From an uncultured Flavobacteriales bacterium (GTDB lineage Bacteria; Bacteroidota; Bacteroidia; Flavobacteriales_F; PHOS-HE28): a stretch of DNA of 64,000 nucleotides. Shown here piece by piece: positions 1-10,529 of this stretch. The notes beneath the pieces were generated by a model. It was not told the origin of the DNA. It did no database searches and saw only the letters and a list, made by a program, of their open reading frames with translations. Numbering within the stretch: the stretch's first letter is position 1; each line of letters begins with the position of its first letter. The DNA lies in NCBI GenBank assembly GCA_963814325.1, contig CAWFCK010000002.1, forward strand, positions 141,581 through 205,580. The letters run 5' to 3'. Both the position numbers and the translations under genes were made by a program.

Positions 1-1801
1 GTGCGGGACGCGGTCCAGGTCCTCAACAATGACTTCAACAAATTGAACGAGGACTGGACGGATGTGAAGGAGGAGTTCCTGCCGATCGTGGCCGACGCGG
101 GCATCACCTTCCGCCTGGCCGGATACGATCCCAATGGCAATTGCACCACCGGCATCACCCGCACGGTAAGCGAACTGACCAATGATGGTGGACAGGACAT
201 GAAGGACCTGATCCAATGGCCGCGCGACCAGTACTTGAACGTATGGATCGCTGCCAGCGCCCAAGGTGCTGCCGGATACACGTACACGCCAGGGAACGTG
301 GACAACGCCTGGGGTGCAGCTGCGGACGGCATTGTGTTACTGCACAACTACGTGGGAACGATCGGAACAGGCGCCGTGTCCCGCTCACGCACGCTCACCC
401 ACGAGGTGGGCCACTGGATCAACCTGCGTCATTGCTGGGGGCCGAGCAACGAGCCGGGGCTTCCGGAAAATTGCGGGCTTACGGACAATGTGAGCGATAC
501 GCCGCCGACCGAGGGTTGGACCAGTTGCAACCGCAATGGGGCCACCTGCGGGTCGCCTTTGGACAACGTGGAGAACTACATGGAGTATTCGTACTGCTCC
601 AAGATGTTCACCAACGGCCAGAAGACCCGCATGATCGCTGCGTTGAACAGCAACACGGCCGATCGCAACAACCTCTGGACGGCATCCAACCTGGCCGCCA
701 CGGGCACACAGGACATACAGCCGCTCTGCTCGGCGTCGTTCAACAGCGACCGCCGCGTTATCTGCGCCGGCAACAGCATCACCTTCAGCGATGAGAGCTA
801 CCACGGCGTGATCACGCGCACCTGGAGCTTCACGGGTGGCGAACCGGCCGTTTCCACCGACGCAGCACCGGTGATCACCTACAATGTGCCGGGTGTTTAC
901 CCTGTAAGCCTTACGGTGGGCAACGGCCAGACGAGCGAAGAGAGCAACGTGACCAGCTACATTACCGTGCTGCCGAACCCCGGCGTGCCTTCGCCGTATG
1001 TGCAGGACCTCGAGAGCGAGACCACGCTGGACCCTGCCGAGTGGGTGGTGAACAACGTGGACAACGATGCCGGCACGTTCCAGCTGAATACCACCGCCGG
1101 TTACAGCGGAACGCAAAGCATCCGCATGCGGAACTACAACGCACCGGCCGGTCGTTTGGATGAACTGATGTCCGGCTCCATGACATGAGCCAGGACAGTT
1201 CAGTGCTGTTCAGCTTCCGATACGCCTTCGCGCGCCGCACAGCCAGCAACGATGACATCCTGCGGTTGTATGTGAGCAACAACTGCGGAGAGACCTGGAC
1301 CCTGCGCAAGCAACTGCGTGGCAACGGCGACCTGCCTTCGGTGCCGGATCAAAGCAGCGCGTTCACGCCTTCGAACGCAGTCGCAATGGGAGCAGTGCGT
1401 GGTCACGAACATCACCTCCGCCTACTTGCGTCAGCGACTTCCGCTTCAAGTTCTGGTTCACCGGCGATGGTGGCAACGACCTCTGGATCGATGACATCAA
1501 CATCAACAACGGCGCGGTGGGTGTGAGCGAACTGACGGCAGCGCAAACGCCGCAGGTGCTGGTGCTCCCGAACCCCGCCACTGCACAGGCCACCCTGCAG
1601 GTGATGTTGAGCGAGGGCGGCAACACGCTGGTTGAGCTCGTGGATCCCACGGGCCGGACCGTGCAGGTGATCGCCAACGAGCGCATGAACGCCGGTGAAC
1701 ATCGCTGGCAACTGCCCGTTGAGCGCATGAACGCGGGCATGTACTTCATCCGCCTGCAGCAGGATGGACTGCGGCGCGTGGTGCGCTTCACGAAGCAGTG
1801 A
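1..1801 (+). CDS. Secreted M43-family zinc metalloprotease (pappalysin/cytophagalysin-like) with PKD-like domain and T9SS C-terminal sorting domain; 5' end outside window; frame broken about 3 times
   Basis: ORF 1..1188 has the HEVGHWINLRH zinc motif and a PKD-like segment. The protein continues by frame-hopping: frame 3 from 1185 (SVLFSFRYAFA..CGETWT), frame 1 at ~1375-1432 (QWEQCVVTNITSAY), then frame 2 to the stop at 1801 (FRFKFWFTGDGGNDLWIDDI; LVLPNPATAQATLQV...GMYFIRL, a T9SS CTD). Confidence 0.8.
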
Positions 1802-1809
1802 TCACGCGC

Positions 1810-2253
1810 ATGCGTGCACATGTGGTCCTGCTGATCGCCCTGCTCTGCTCCTGCCAGCGTGCCAAGGAGGGCGCGAAAGAGGCGCTGAACACTGGCGGTG
1901 AGCTTGCGGGCAAGGCGGCCGGCGAGGTGCTCGAGGGCGTTAAAACAGGGGTGGAGGATACCTGGAGCGTGAACGTGCGCCTGAGCCCCGAGCTCATTTC
2001 CAACGGTGTTTCGCTGGGCAAGGTCTCCGTGGATACCGATGGCCAGGGCAGCGACAACCTGCTGGTGGTGTACCTCACGAATGAACGGCCGCTTCGCGAC
2101 ACCTTGCATGTGCTGGCCTTCGACAAGGATTCGCTGGAAATGGGACGCACCACCTTGGTGGTGGATGCCGAAGCCGGCGCTGGAGCCTTTTACGAAGTGC
2201 AGTTCCCTGCGCGCACGGATCTGGAGCGCAAGAGCACAGTGTTCATCCGCTGA
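1810..2253 (+). CDS. Hypothetical lipoprotein
   Basis: ORF 1798..2253. ATG at 1810 gives MRAHVVLLIALLCSC, a signal peptide with lipobox-like LCSC. No recognisable domain. Confidence 0.5.
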   Translation: MRAHVVLLIALLCSCQRAKEGAKEALNTGGELAGKAAGEVLEGVKTGVEDTWSVNVRLSPELISNGVSLGKVSVDTDGQGSDNLLVVYLTNERPLRDTLHVLAFDKDSLEMGRTTLVVDAEAGAGAFYEVQFPARTDLERKSTVFIR

Positions 2254-2265
2254 GCTACCCAATGA

Positions 2266-2290
2266 AAAGCCCCGGCGTGGCCGGGGCCTT
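2266..2290. terminator. GC-rich hairpin between convergent genes (possible bidirectional terminator)
   Basis: aaaGCCCCGGCgtgGCCGGGGCcttt: 8-bp GC stem with 3-nt loop, lying between the stop at 2253 (+) and the stop at 2348 (-). The T tract is weak. Confidence 0.4.
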
Positions 2291-2347
2291 TCAGCACGGA
2301 CCGTTTCCCTTGTTACCGTAGGAGCGGTGCCGTGAAGCTGTTGATGG

Positions 2348-2785
2348 CTATTCCATGAAGCCCACGAGGATGCCGACGCAACCCACGTTGAGCATTTCGT
2401 TGCCGCCGGACTGTTTCGCTGGCACTTCGATCAGGAGCTTGAGCTGCTGCGTGGTGGCCACCTTGAAGTCGAAGTTATCCTTGGGGTTCTCTGCGTTGCT
2501 GGTGAAGAGCGCCTGACCGGTGGCATCGCTCAGCTTCCAGTTCACGCGGCCCAGGATCGGGTGGGCGCAAATGATCAGGCGATAGTCCTGACCGCTGAAG
2601 AAGGTGAGGTCCACCTCGGCCTCTTCCCCTGGGGCGAGTTGCGCGGCGTTGAAGGTCTCGTTGAACTTGTACGGCAGCATGGCCACCTGGCACTTGTTCT
2701 TCACGAACGAGCGGCACTGGGCCTGCGATGCGAGAGGCAATGCGGCCAGGGCGGCAAGCACAAGGATGTTGCGGAGGTGCTTCAT
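2348..2785 (-). CDS. Hypothetical secreted protein
   Basis: 145-aa ORF with N-terminal signal peptide MKHLRNILVLAALAALPLASQAQ. Ends in TAG. No domain recognised. Confidence 0.55.
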   Translation of the reverse strand: MKHLRNILVLAALAALPLASQAQCRSFVKNKCQVAMLPYKFNETFNAAQLAPGEEAEVDLTFFSGQDYRLIICAHPILGRVNWKLSDATGQALFTSNAENPKDNFDFKVATTQQLKLLIEVPAKQSGGNEMLNVGCVGILVGFME

Positions 2786-2793
2786 GACCGGGC

Positions 2794-3681
2794 TCAGTTG
2801 ATGTAGGAGTTGCGAACGGTCGTGGCCTTCTCGGTGAGGGCCTTCAACTGTTCGTTGGTGAGTGCGGCGGCGGCCGGGCCGCCACCGATGACCGTGACAC
2901 CTTTGTCCTGGGTCACCGTGCTGGCCGCAGGGGCATTGCCCACGCCAACGTACAATTCGTTCAAGGCCTTCAGGTCGTTGTACACACCGCTCACTGCCGG
3001 ATCATCGGTGGAGTAGGTGTTCATCAGTTCGATCAGCTGGCCCAGGGAAAGCTTCTGCTCGGCGATGCGCTGGCGGAGTTCGGGGGTGTCGTTGGTGCGC
3101 GTCACCTGCGTGGCGATGTAGAGGCCTTCGAGCCATCCACCGGCGATCATCAATGCACTGATGTTGTCGCGGCCTGCCTCCTTCAGGTAGGCATCCACAT
3201 TCCAGTACGTCTCGCTGATGATGTTCAGCAACGAGTCGCGATCGTTGCGATTCTCCTCCATGCGGTCCACCGTGCGCTGGTCGAAGGCGTTGCTCACGTC
3301 CAGCCGCTTGGCCAGGTTCTGTGCGCAGGCGGTGTACAGCATGCTCTCCTGCGTGTTGTTGAACACGCTGGCATAGCTGAGGTCAGCACCGTAGATGCCC
3401 AGGTTGAGGGCCTGGCGGCTGGCCGAGGTGTAGTTGTCGACGTTCTTCACATCGTTCAGGATGTTCTTGTCGTACTCGGCCCCGGCCTTCTTCAACAGAC
3501 CGGCCGTTTCCATGGGGCTGGGGATGTTGTGGAAGATGTTGCGGGTCTTGCGGATGCGCTCGGCCTGCGTGCTGTCGGCCTTGGCATCAACGTTCAAGGT
3601 GTCCTGCTTGGGTTGCTCACCACCGCATGAGGCCATGAGGAGCAGCATGGCAATGGCGGGTGTCCAACGGCGAATTCGCAT
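2794..3681 (-). CDS. Hypothetical lipoprotein
   Basis: 295-aa ORF with signal peptide and lipobox (LLLMASCGG). Lies 9 bp upstream of the 2348..2785 gene on the same strand. Confidence 0.55.
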   Translation of the reverse strand: MRIRRWTPAIAMLLLMASCGGEQPKQDTLNVDAKADSTQAERIRKTRNIFHNIPSPMETAGLLKKAGAEYDKNILNDVKNVDNYTSASRQALNLGIYGADLSYASVFNNTQESMLYTACAQNLAKRLDVSNAFDQRTVDRMEENRNDRDSLLNIISETYWNVDAYLKEAGRDNISALMIAGGWLEGLYIATQVTRTNDTPELRQRIAEQKLSLGQLIELMNTYSTDDPAVSGVYNDLKALNELYVGVGNAPAASTVTQDKGVTVIGGGPAAAALTNEQLKALTEKATTVRNSYIN

Positions 3682-3736
3682 GGTGTTCTGGGGTTCTCTG
3701 GAGAGTGGGGTAAAGACTCACGGATGCCCGTGACGA

Positions 3737-6586
3737 TCAGTGGGCTTCGAGCCAGTTTTTCCCCAAACGTATGTCAACAACAAGGGGGACCTCCATCTGC
3801 AAGGCGCCCTCCATGGTCTCTTTCACCAGTGGAAGCAGGTCTTCCGCCTCGTCGCGGTGAGCGTCGAAGACGAGTTCGTCATGCACCTGCAGGAGCATGC
3901 GGCTGCGCATGCGCTTCTTGCACAACAGGTCGTGGATGCGCACCATGGCCACCTTGATGATGTCGGCGGCGGTGCCCTGCATGGGCGCGTTGATGGCGAT
4001 GCGCTCGGCCTGTGCGCGCACGGTGTTGTTCGCGCTGGTGATGTCCGGCAGGTAACGGCGCCTGCCGAGGAGCGTCTTCACAAAGCCATGCGTGCGGCAG
4101 AAGCCGATCATTTCGTCCATGTAGCCGCGCACGCCGGGGAACTGCGCGAAGTAGTCGTCGATGATGGCCTTGGCTTCAGCGCGCGGGATGCCGAGGTTCT
4201 GGCTGAGGCCGAAGGCGCCCTGGCCATAGGCGATGCCGAAGTTCACGGCCTTCGCTTTGCTGCGTTGGTCGCGGCTGACCTCAGCGATGTCCACGTTGAA
4301 CACCTTGGCCGCCGTGGCCGAGTGGATGTCCAGCCCGTGCCGGAAGGCTTCCTGCATGTTGTGGTCGCCGCTCATGTGGGCGATCACGCGCAGTTCGATC
4401 TGGCTGTAGTCGGCGCTGAGCAACAGGTGATGTTCATCGCGCGGCACGAAGGCCTTGCGGATCTCGCGCCCCTTCTCGGTGCGGATCGGGATGTTCTGCA
4501 GGTTGGGGTCGTTGCTCGCCAGGCGGCCCGTGGCGGCCACGGTCTGCAGGTAGCTCGTGTGCACGCGATGCGTTCCGGGGTCGGCGGCCTCCGGCAGCGT
4601 GTCCACATAGGTGCCCTTCAACTTGCGCAGGCTGCGATAGTCGAGGATCAGCGGGATGGCCGGATGTGCGTTGCTTAGTTCCGTCAGGATGTCCTCGCTC
4701 GTCTGGTACTGGCCGGTCTTGGTCTTCTTGACCTTATCCCCACCGAGCTTCAAGGTCTCGAACAGCACGTCGCCGAGCTGCTTCGGACTGTCGATGTTGA
4801 AGGGCACGCCACAGGCTTTGTGGATCTCGTCCTGTAGGCGCAGGATGTCGACGCTGAGCTCTTCGCTGAACGCCTTCAAGGCCGGTATGTCGATGCGGAT
4901 GCCTTCGGTCTCCATGTCGGCGAGCACGTGCACCAGCGGCATCTCCACTTCGTTGAAGAGCGTCGTCACCTCATCGGTTTCCAGTAGCGGAGCGAACTTC
5001 TCGGCGAGCTGCCAGGTGACGTCAGCGTCCTCGGCGCTGTATTCCTTCACGGCGTTCACGTCGGCATCGCGCATGTTCTTCTGGCCCTTGCCTTTGGGGC
5101 CGATCAGCGTTTCGATGCTCACGGGGCGGTAGCCGAGATAGGTCTCGCTCAGGTAGTCCATGCCGTGCCGCTGGTCCGGCTTCAGCAGGTAGTGTGCCAC
5201 CATGGTGTCGAAGAGCGGACCCTTCACCTCCACGCCGTAGTTGGCCAGCACACGGATGTCGAACTTGGCGTTCTGCGCCACCTTGCCGATGGCCTCGTTC
5301 TCCAGCACCGGCTTGAAGATGTCCACGATGCGTTGGGCCTCCGCGCGGTCGGCGGGCACAGGCACGTAATGTCCCTCGTGCGCTTTCCAGCTGAAGGCGA
5401 GGCCCACCAGTTCGGCAGTGCGCTCTTCGGTGCCCGTGGTCTCGGTATCGAAGCAGAAGCGCGGCTGCTTCTTCAGTTGGGCGGCCAGCATGTACAAGGA
5501 CTCGTTGCCTTCCACGAGGAAGTAGCGGTGCGGCACCGTGTCGATGTTGGCGAATTCCTTCAGTTCCACATGGCCCTCTGCATCCACGGTGGTGCCGAAT
5601 AGGTCCACCTGGCCTGTGGCGGCGCGCACCGCCGTCCGCTTGGTGCCCTTCTCCTCCGGCGCGGTAGTTCCGTTGAGGTCGCCGCCCAGGACTCGCGTGG
5701 TCAGGTTCTTGAACTCCAATTCGCTGAACACGTCCAGCACCTTGTCCTTGTCCGGCGGATCCAGATGCAGTGCTTCGTGGTTCAGTTCCACGGGCGCATC
5801 GATGATGATGGTGGCCAGCTGCTTGCTTTTGCGCCCCTGCTCGGCGAAGGCGATCACATTCTCCTGCTGTTTGCCTTTCAGCTTGTCGGCGTTCTCCAGC
5901 ACGCCTTCCAGGCTGCCGAACTGTTGCACCAGTTTCATGGCGGTCTTCTCGCCGATACCGGGAATGCCGGGGATGTTGTCCACGGCGTCGCCCATCAGGC
6001 CGAGGATGTCCTTCACCTGGTCGGTGTTCTGCAACCCCCAGCGCTCGCAGATCTCCTTCGGCCCCAGCTTCTCGGGTGGATCGCCGCCACGGCCGGGCTT
6101 GTACATGATGATCTTGTCCGTGACCAGCTGTCCGAAGTCCTTGTCGGGTGTTACCATGTACGTGGTATAACCTTCCTTCTCCGCTTTTTTCGCGAGCGTA
6201 CCGATCACGTCATCGGCCTCGTAGCCATCGCTCTCCAGCACGGGGATGTTCATCGCCTCGATGATGCGGCGGATGTAGGGCACGTTGCTGCGGATGTCAT
6301 CCGGCATCTCCTCGCGGTTCGCCTTGTACTCCACGTGCGAGATGTGGCGCTCGGTGGGGGCGGCGGTATCGAACACCACGGCGATGTGCGTGGGCTTCTC
6401 GCGCTTGATCAGGTCGAGCAGGGTGGTGGTGAAGCCGAAGGCAGCGCTGGTGTTCATGCCCTTGCTGTTCACGCGCGGTGCGCGGATGAAGCTGAAATAG
6501 GCGCGGTAGATCAGCGCGTAGGCATCCAACAGGAAGAGGCGCTTGTCCTCTTCGGCCGGGGTGCCGTTGGTGGTGGTATCTGACAT
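3737..6586 (-). CDS. polA: DNA polymerase I
   Basis: 5'-nuclease, 3'-5' exonuclease-like and polymerase domains are present (LFLLDAYALIYRAYF; LLSADYSQIELRVIAHMSGD; QVHDELVF). The ORF runs to 6913, but homology begins at MSDTTTNG (ATG 6586). The upstream extension is Pro/Arg/Gly-rich junk. Confidence 0.95.
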   Translation of the reverse strand: MSDTTTNGTPAEEDKRLFLLDAYALIYRAYFSFIRAPRVNSKGMNTSAAFGFTTTLLDLIKREKPTHIAVVFDTAAPTERHISHVEYKANREEMPDDIRSNVPYIRRIIEAMNIPVLESDGYEADDVIGTLAKKAEKEGYTTYMVTPDKDFGQLVTDKIIMYKPGRGGDPPEKLGPKEICERWGLQNTDQVKDILGLMGDAVDNIPGIPGIGEKTAMKLVQQFGSLEGVLENADKLKGKQQENVIAFAEQGRKSKQLATIIIDAPVELNHEALHLDPPDKDKVLDVFSELEFKNLTTRVLGGDLNGTTAPEEKGTKRTAVRAATGQVDLFGTTVDAEGHVELKEFANIDTVPHRYFLVEGNESLYMLAAQLKKQPRFCFDTETTGTEERTAELVGLAFSWKAHEGHYVPVPADRAEAQRIVDIFKPVLENEAIGKVAQNAKFDIRVLANYGVEVKGPLFDTMVAHYLLKPDQRHGMDYLSETYLGYRPVSIETLIGPKGKGQKNMRDADVNAVKEYSAEDADVTWQLAEKFAPLLETDEVTTLFNEVEMPLVHVLADMETEGIRIDIPALKAFSEELSVDILRLQDEIHKACGVPFNIDSPKQLGDVLFETLKLGGDKVKKTKTGQYQTSEDILTELSNAHPAIPLILDYRSLRKLKGTYVDTLPEAADPGTHRVHTSYLQTVAATGRLASNDPNLQNIPIRTEKGREIRKAFVPRDEHHLLLSADYSQIELRVIAHMSGDHNMQEAFRHGLDIHSATAAKVFNVDIAEVSRDQRSKAKAVNFGIAYGQGAFGLSQNLGIPRAEAKAIIDDYFAQFPGVRGYMDEMIGFCRTHGFVKTLLGRRRYLPDITSANNTVRAQAERIAINAPMQGTAADIIKVAMVRIHDLLCKKRMRSRMLLQVHDELVFDAHRDEAEDLLPLVKETMEGALQMEVPLVVDIRLGKNWLEAH

Positions 6587-6786
6587 GCTGTGCGGGCCTG
6601 CGGGCAATTGTTGCCGACCGGGGCGGCAAGGTAGGTTCGCAGGCCGGGACCTGCTTGCGCGGGCGACCCCGGGCGTCGGCCCACCGCGCTGCGTTCCAAG
6701 GCAGGCGGTTATCTGGGCGACGAATGGGCCGCACGGCGCGTCTGTGTCCATAGATTCGACACTTTGCTCCGCGGCCGCAGTTCGGA

Positions 6787-7878
6787 ATGACCAGACGTAT
6801 TCTCCCGCTCCTCTTCCTGTTCGTGGTGCTGTTCTCCTGCGCGAAGGAGGACCCGGAAGGTCCTGTGGTCGATCCACCCCCGCCTGCCTCACCGGTGGTG
6901 CTGGACCTGGCACAGGTGCCCTATGACAGCCTGTCCACCTACAACTTCTTTGCTGGCGACATGGCCGCGCTGCAGCCGGTGTACGGGGTGCTGCCGTATG
7001 CGCCCATCAATGCGCTGTTCAGCGACTATGCGCACAAGGAGCGGTTCGTCTGGATGCCTTCCGGAGCGCAGGCCACCTATGCCGGCGACAGCGCTGTGTT
7101 GAACTTCCCCGAAGGCGCAGTGCTGATCAAGAACTTCTACTACGACCAGGTACAACCCCAGAACACACGCCGCATCCTGGAAACGCGACTGCTGATCCGC
7201 AGGAACGGGGAGTGGGTGCTGGCGGAGTACATCTGGAACGCAGCACAGACCGAGGCGATCCTCACGACCAACGGCGTGAACGAGACCATCTCCTTCGTGG
7301 ACGATAACGGTGTCCTGCGTACGGTGGATTATCGATACCCCTCGCCGGCGGAATGCCACACCTGCCACAAGGATGGTGATGCGAACATCCCCATCGGTCC
7401 CAAGCCGCAGAACCTCAATTCCGACCTTGCCTATTCCAACGGCACCTGGAACCAGCTGGAGCAGTGGATGGGTGCTGGCTACCTCGCCAATTCGCTGCCG
7501 GCCAGCATCAACACCACCGCGCGTTGGGATGATCCGGCGCAGAGCCTGACGGACCGGGTGCGCGGTTATGTGGACATGAACTGTGCACATTGCCACGCCA
7601 ACGGCAAGTATTGCGACTACCGGCCCATGCGCTTCGCGTGGAGCGAAACGGATGACCTGACGAACCTGGGCGTGTGTGTGGCCCCGGCGGATCCACTTTT
7701 ACCCGTTCATTCGCATATCGTAAAACCAGGCAACACGGAGAAGTCGCTGCTGTTCTACCGGATCAGTTCGGTGCAGGACGGCGTGCGCATGCCACTGCTT
7801 GGTCGCACGCTGGTCCATGAGGAAGGGCGTCAGCTCATCGAACAATGGATCAACTCGCTCACCATCACCTGTAACTGA
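6787..7878 (+). CDS. Putative dihaem c-type cytochrome lipoprotein (SO_2930-like family, from memory)
   Basis: Lipoprotein signal (LFVVLFSCAKE) and two CXXCH motifs (CHTCH, CAHCH). The N-terminal YNFF...LFSDYAHKERF pattern is as I recall for that family. Confidence 0.6.
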   Translation: MTRRILPLLFLFVVLFSCAKEDPEGPVVDPPPPASPVVLDLAQVPYDSLSTYNFFAGDMAALQPVYGVLPYAPINALFSDYAHKERFVWMPSGAQATYAGDSAVLNFPEGAVLIKNFYYDQVQPQNTRRILETRLLIRRNGEWVLAEYIWNAAQTEAILTTNGVNETISFVDDNGVLRTVDYRYPSPAECHTCHKDGDANIPIGPKPQNLNSDLAYSNGTWNQLEQWMGAGYLANSLPASINTTARWDDPAQSLTDRVRGYVDMNCAHCHANGKYCDYRPMRFAWSETDDLTNLGVCVAPADPLLPVHSHIVKPGNTEKSLLFYRISSVQDGVRMPLLGRTLVHEEGRQLIEQWINSLTITCN

Positions 7879-7925
7879 ACCCCCCACCCATCAAGCCCGT
7901 CCCGGCCAGCAGGGATCAACACCAC

Positions 7926-9900
7926 ATGAGAACGAACATTACCATCGCATTGACGACAGCGCTGCTTGCCACGCAGGTGCACGCCCAGAACAGTTGCACA
8001 TCGGCATTGCCCGTGACCGCCGGCACCTGGACCGTGGATGCCATCAACGGGCCGGAGATCCCGGTGCCGATCTGCACCTCAACCGGCGTGGGGGCTACCC
8101 ACACCGAATGGTACAGTTACACTCCGGCACAGGACTATTCGCTCACCATCACCACGGATCTGGCACAGAACGCCGGTGGTGATACGCGCCTGAACATCTA
8201 CGAAGGCAGCTGCGGCTCGCTGTCCTGCATCGGCGGTGCCGATGATCAGAGGGTCGAACACGCTGGCCTCCGCCACCGTGCAAGTCTCCGGCGGCCTCAC
8301 GTATCGCTTCTCCTTCGACGATCGTTGGAGCAATGCGGGCTTCGACTTCCAGGTGATCGAAGGACCGCCCGTGGTCACCGAATTCAGCTTCAGCCCCACC
8401 ACGGTGTCATCCGCCGGACATACGATCTATGCGGCGGTGGACATGAACGGCGACTTCCTCGACGATGTGGTGGGTGTGGCCACCAGTTCGGTGATGGTCA
8501 ACCGCCAATTATCCGCCGGTGGCTTCAGCCCGGTGACCATAGTGACTCCGGCAGCGGATCATCCGGCTTCGTGGAGCCTTTCCGCAGGAGACATTGATAA
8601 CAACGGCCTGAACGACCTTCAGTACGGCAATGGTAGCGGTGTTACCTACATGTTGCAGGATGCCAGTGGCACCAGCTTCACGGAACAGTCCTTCCCGGAG
8701 TATGTCTTCAGCCAGCGCGGCAACATGGTGGACATCAATAGCGATGGCCACTTGGACGGCTTCATGTGCCACGATGTGGATGCGAACACCTTCTTCATGA
8801 ACGATGGAGCCGGCGTGCTCAGCTTCAACCAAGGCGGGCTTGGTGAGACCTGCGGCAACTACGGATCCATCTGGATCGATTACGACAACGACCACGACAT
8901 GGACCTGTTCGTGGCCAAGTGCGGCTGCGATCCGGTGGACATCCTGTACCGGAACAACGGTGACGGCACGTTCACCAACGTGGCGCCAGCCCTCGGATTC
9001 GCCGACAGCCACCAGAGCTGGAGCTCGGCCTGGGGCGACTTCGACAATGATGGCGATATGGACGTGCTGGTGGGCTCGAGCAGCAGCCCCGTGCACAAGC
9101 TCTTGCGCAACAATGGTGGAACCTTCACCAACATCACAGTGGATTCCGGTTTCGATCTGTCAGGCGGATCCAGCATCGAGTGGACCACGCACGACTTCAA
9201 CAACGATGGATACCTCGATGTGCTGGGCGGCGGCTACATGATGGTGAACAACGGGGACATGACCTTCACCAAGCGCACCGACGTGCCGGGCAACGGCCCC
9301 ATCGGCGACCTGAACAACGATGGCTTCCTCGACATCCTGAACGGCGCCACCGTCTACCTCAACAGCGGCAACACCAACAAGCACCTCACCGTGGTCACCA
9401 TCGGCACGGTGAGCAACTACAACGGCATCGGTGCGCGGGTGGAGGTGACCAGCGCGATGGGCACCCAGGTCCGTGATGTGAAGAGCGGCGACGGCTTCAA
9501 GTACATGAGCTCCCTGAACACGCATTTCGGCCTGGGCACGGACACACAGGTGGAGCAGGTGCGCGTGATCTGGCCCTCGGGCATCATCGACATTGTGGAA
9601 GCACCTGCCATCAACAGCACGGTGGTGATCACGGAAGGCTCGTTCAACGTGGGCATCAACGATGCTTACGGCACCGACCTCAGCGTGTTCCCGAACCCGG
9701 CCACCGATGTGCTTTACGTACGCGCTGGCTCATCGATGGCCAATGCGCCGGTGCAGATCATGGACATGGCCGGCCGCTTGCAGATGGAAACCAGCCTGCG
9801 CAACGATCAGGTGGACATCTCTTCGCTGCCCCCGGGCGTGTACATGCTCCGCGTGATGGCCGACCGCGGTCCCGTGATGCGGAAGTTCGTGAAGCGCTAA
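7926..9900 (+). CDS. FG-GAP/VCBS-repeat protein with ASPIC/UnbV-like domain and T9SS C-terminal sorting domain; one apparent frameshift near 8245
   Basis: Signal peptide in ORF 7926..8597. The protein continues in ORF 8236..9900 with repeated DxNxDGxxD FG-GAP motifs, then NYNGIGARVEV...GDGFKYMSSLNTHFGLG (ASPIC/UnbV), and ends VFPNPATDVLYV...GVYMLRV (CTD). Confidence 0.8.
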
Positions 9901-9921
9901 GGCGGATAAATAGCTTTGATC

Positions 9922-9956
9922 GAAAGCCCGTTCGGCCTCAGGCCGGGCGGGCTTTC
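9922..9956. terminator. Strong hairpin at a convergent gene junction (overlaps the ribE stop codon)
   Basis: GAAAGCCCGTTCGGCC-tca-GGCCGGGCGGGCTTTC: 16-nt arms, 14 Watson-Crick pairs plus 2 G-U pairs. The loop is the ribE stop codon. No clear U tract. Confidence 0.4.
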
Positions 9957-10529
9957 AGCATCCGGTCAACGTACTTGCCCAGGACATCGTACTCCACGTT
10001 CACCTTGTGTCCGGGGTGCAATACGCGGAAGCTGGTATGCTCGAAGGTGTAGGGGATGATGGCCACGCTGAAGCGGTCCGAGCTAAGGTCCGCGATGGTG
10101 AGGCTTACGCCGTTGAGGCAGATGGAGCCCTTCTGCACGAGCAGGTGCGCTTCCGCGGGCAACTGAAAGCGTGAACCACCAGCTGCCCTCGCGTTCCTCG
10201 GCCGCCAGGCAGGTGATCATGCCGTCCACGTGGCCTTGTACCATGTGTCCGTCCAGGCGATCGCCGAGGCGGAGGCTGCGTTCGAGGTTCACCGGGTCGC
10301 CGGGCCGCAGATCCCCAATGTTGCTGCGTTGCAGAGTCTCGTCCACGGCGGTCACGCGATAGTGATCGCCCATCAGCTCCACCACGGTGAGGCAGACACC
10401 GTTGTGGCTCACGCTCTGGTCCACCTTCAGTTCGGTGGTCATGCGCGCGCGGATGATCAGGTCCTTGTTCGAGCCCTGCGCGTGCACGGACACGACCTCG
10501 CCAACTTCCTCTACGATACCGGTGAACAT
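9938..10529 (-). CDS. ribE: Riboflavin synthase alpha chain; one apparent extra nucleotide at ~10169
   Basis: N-terminal piece 10083..10529 (MFTGIVEEVGEV...) and C-terminal piece 9938..10162 (LVQKGSICLNGVSLTI..FSVAIIPYTFEHT). They join as WWFT/FQLPAEAH if one base is removed. Confidence 0.85.

Noticed and set aside
6587-6913. N-terminal 109-residue extension of the polA ORF
   Set aside because: The extension is Pro/Arg/Gly-rich with no homology. The 5'-nuclease domain begins right after ATG 6586.
9911-9918. Perfect TAgcTTTG -7-like box after the FG-GAP gene
   Set aside because: No plus-strand gene follows for over 3 kb. It lies in the convergent terminator region and is probably a chance match.
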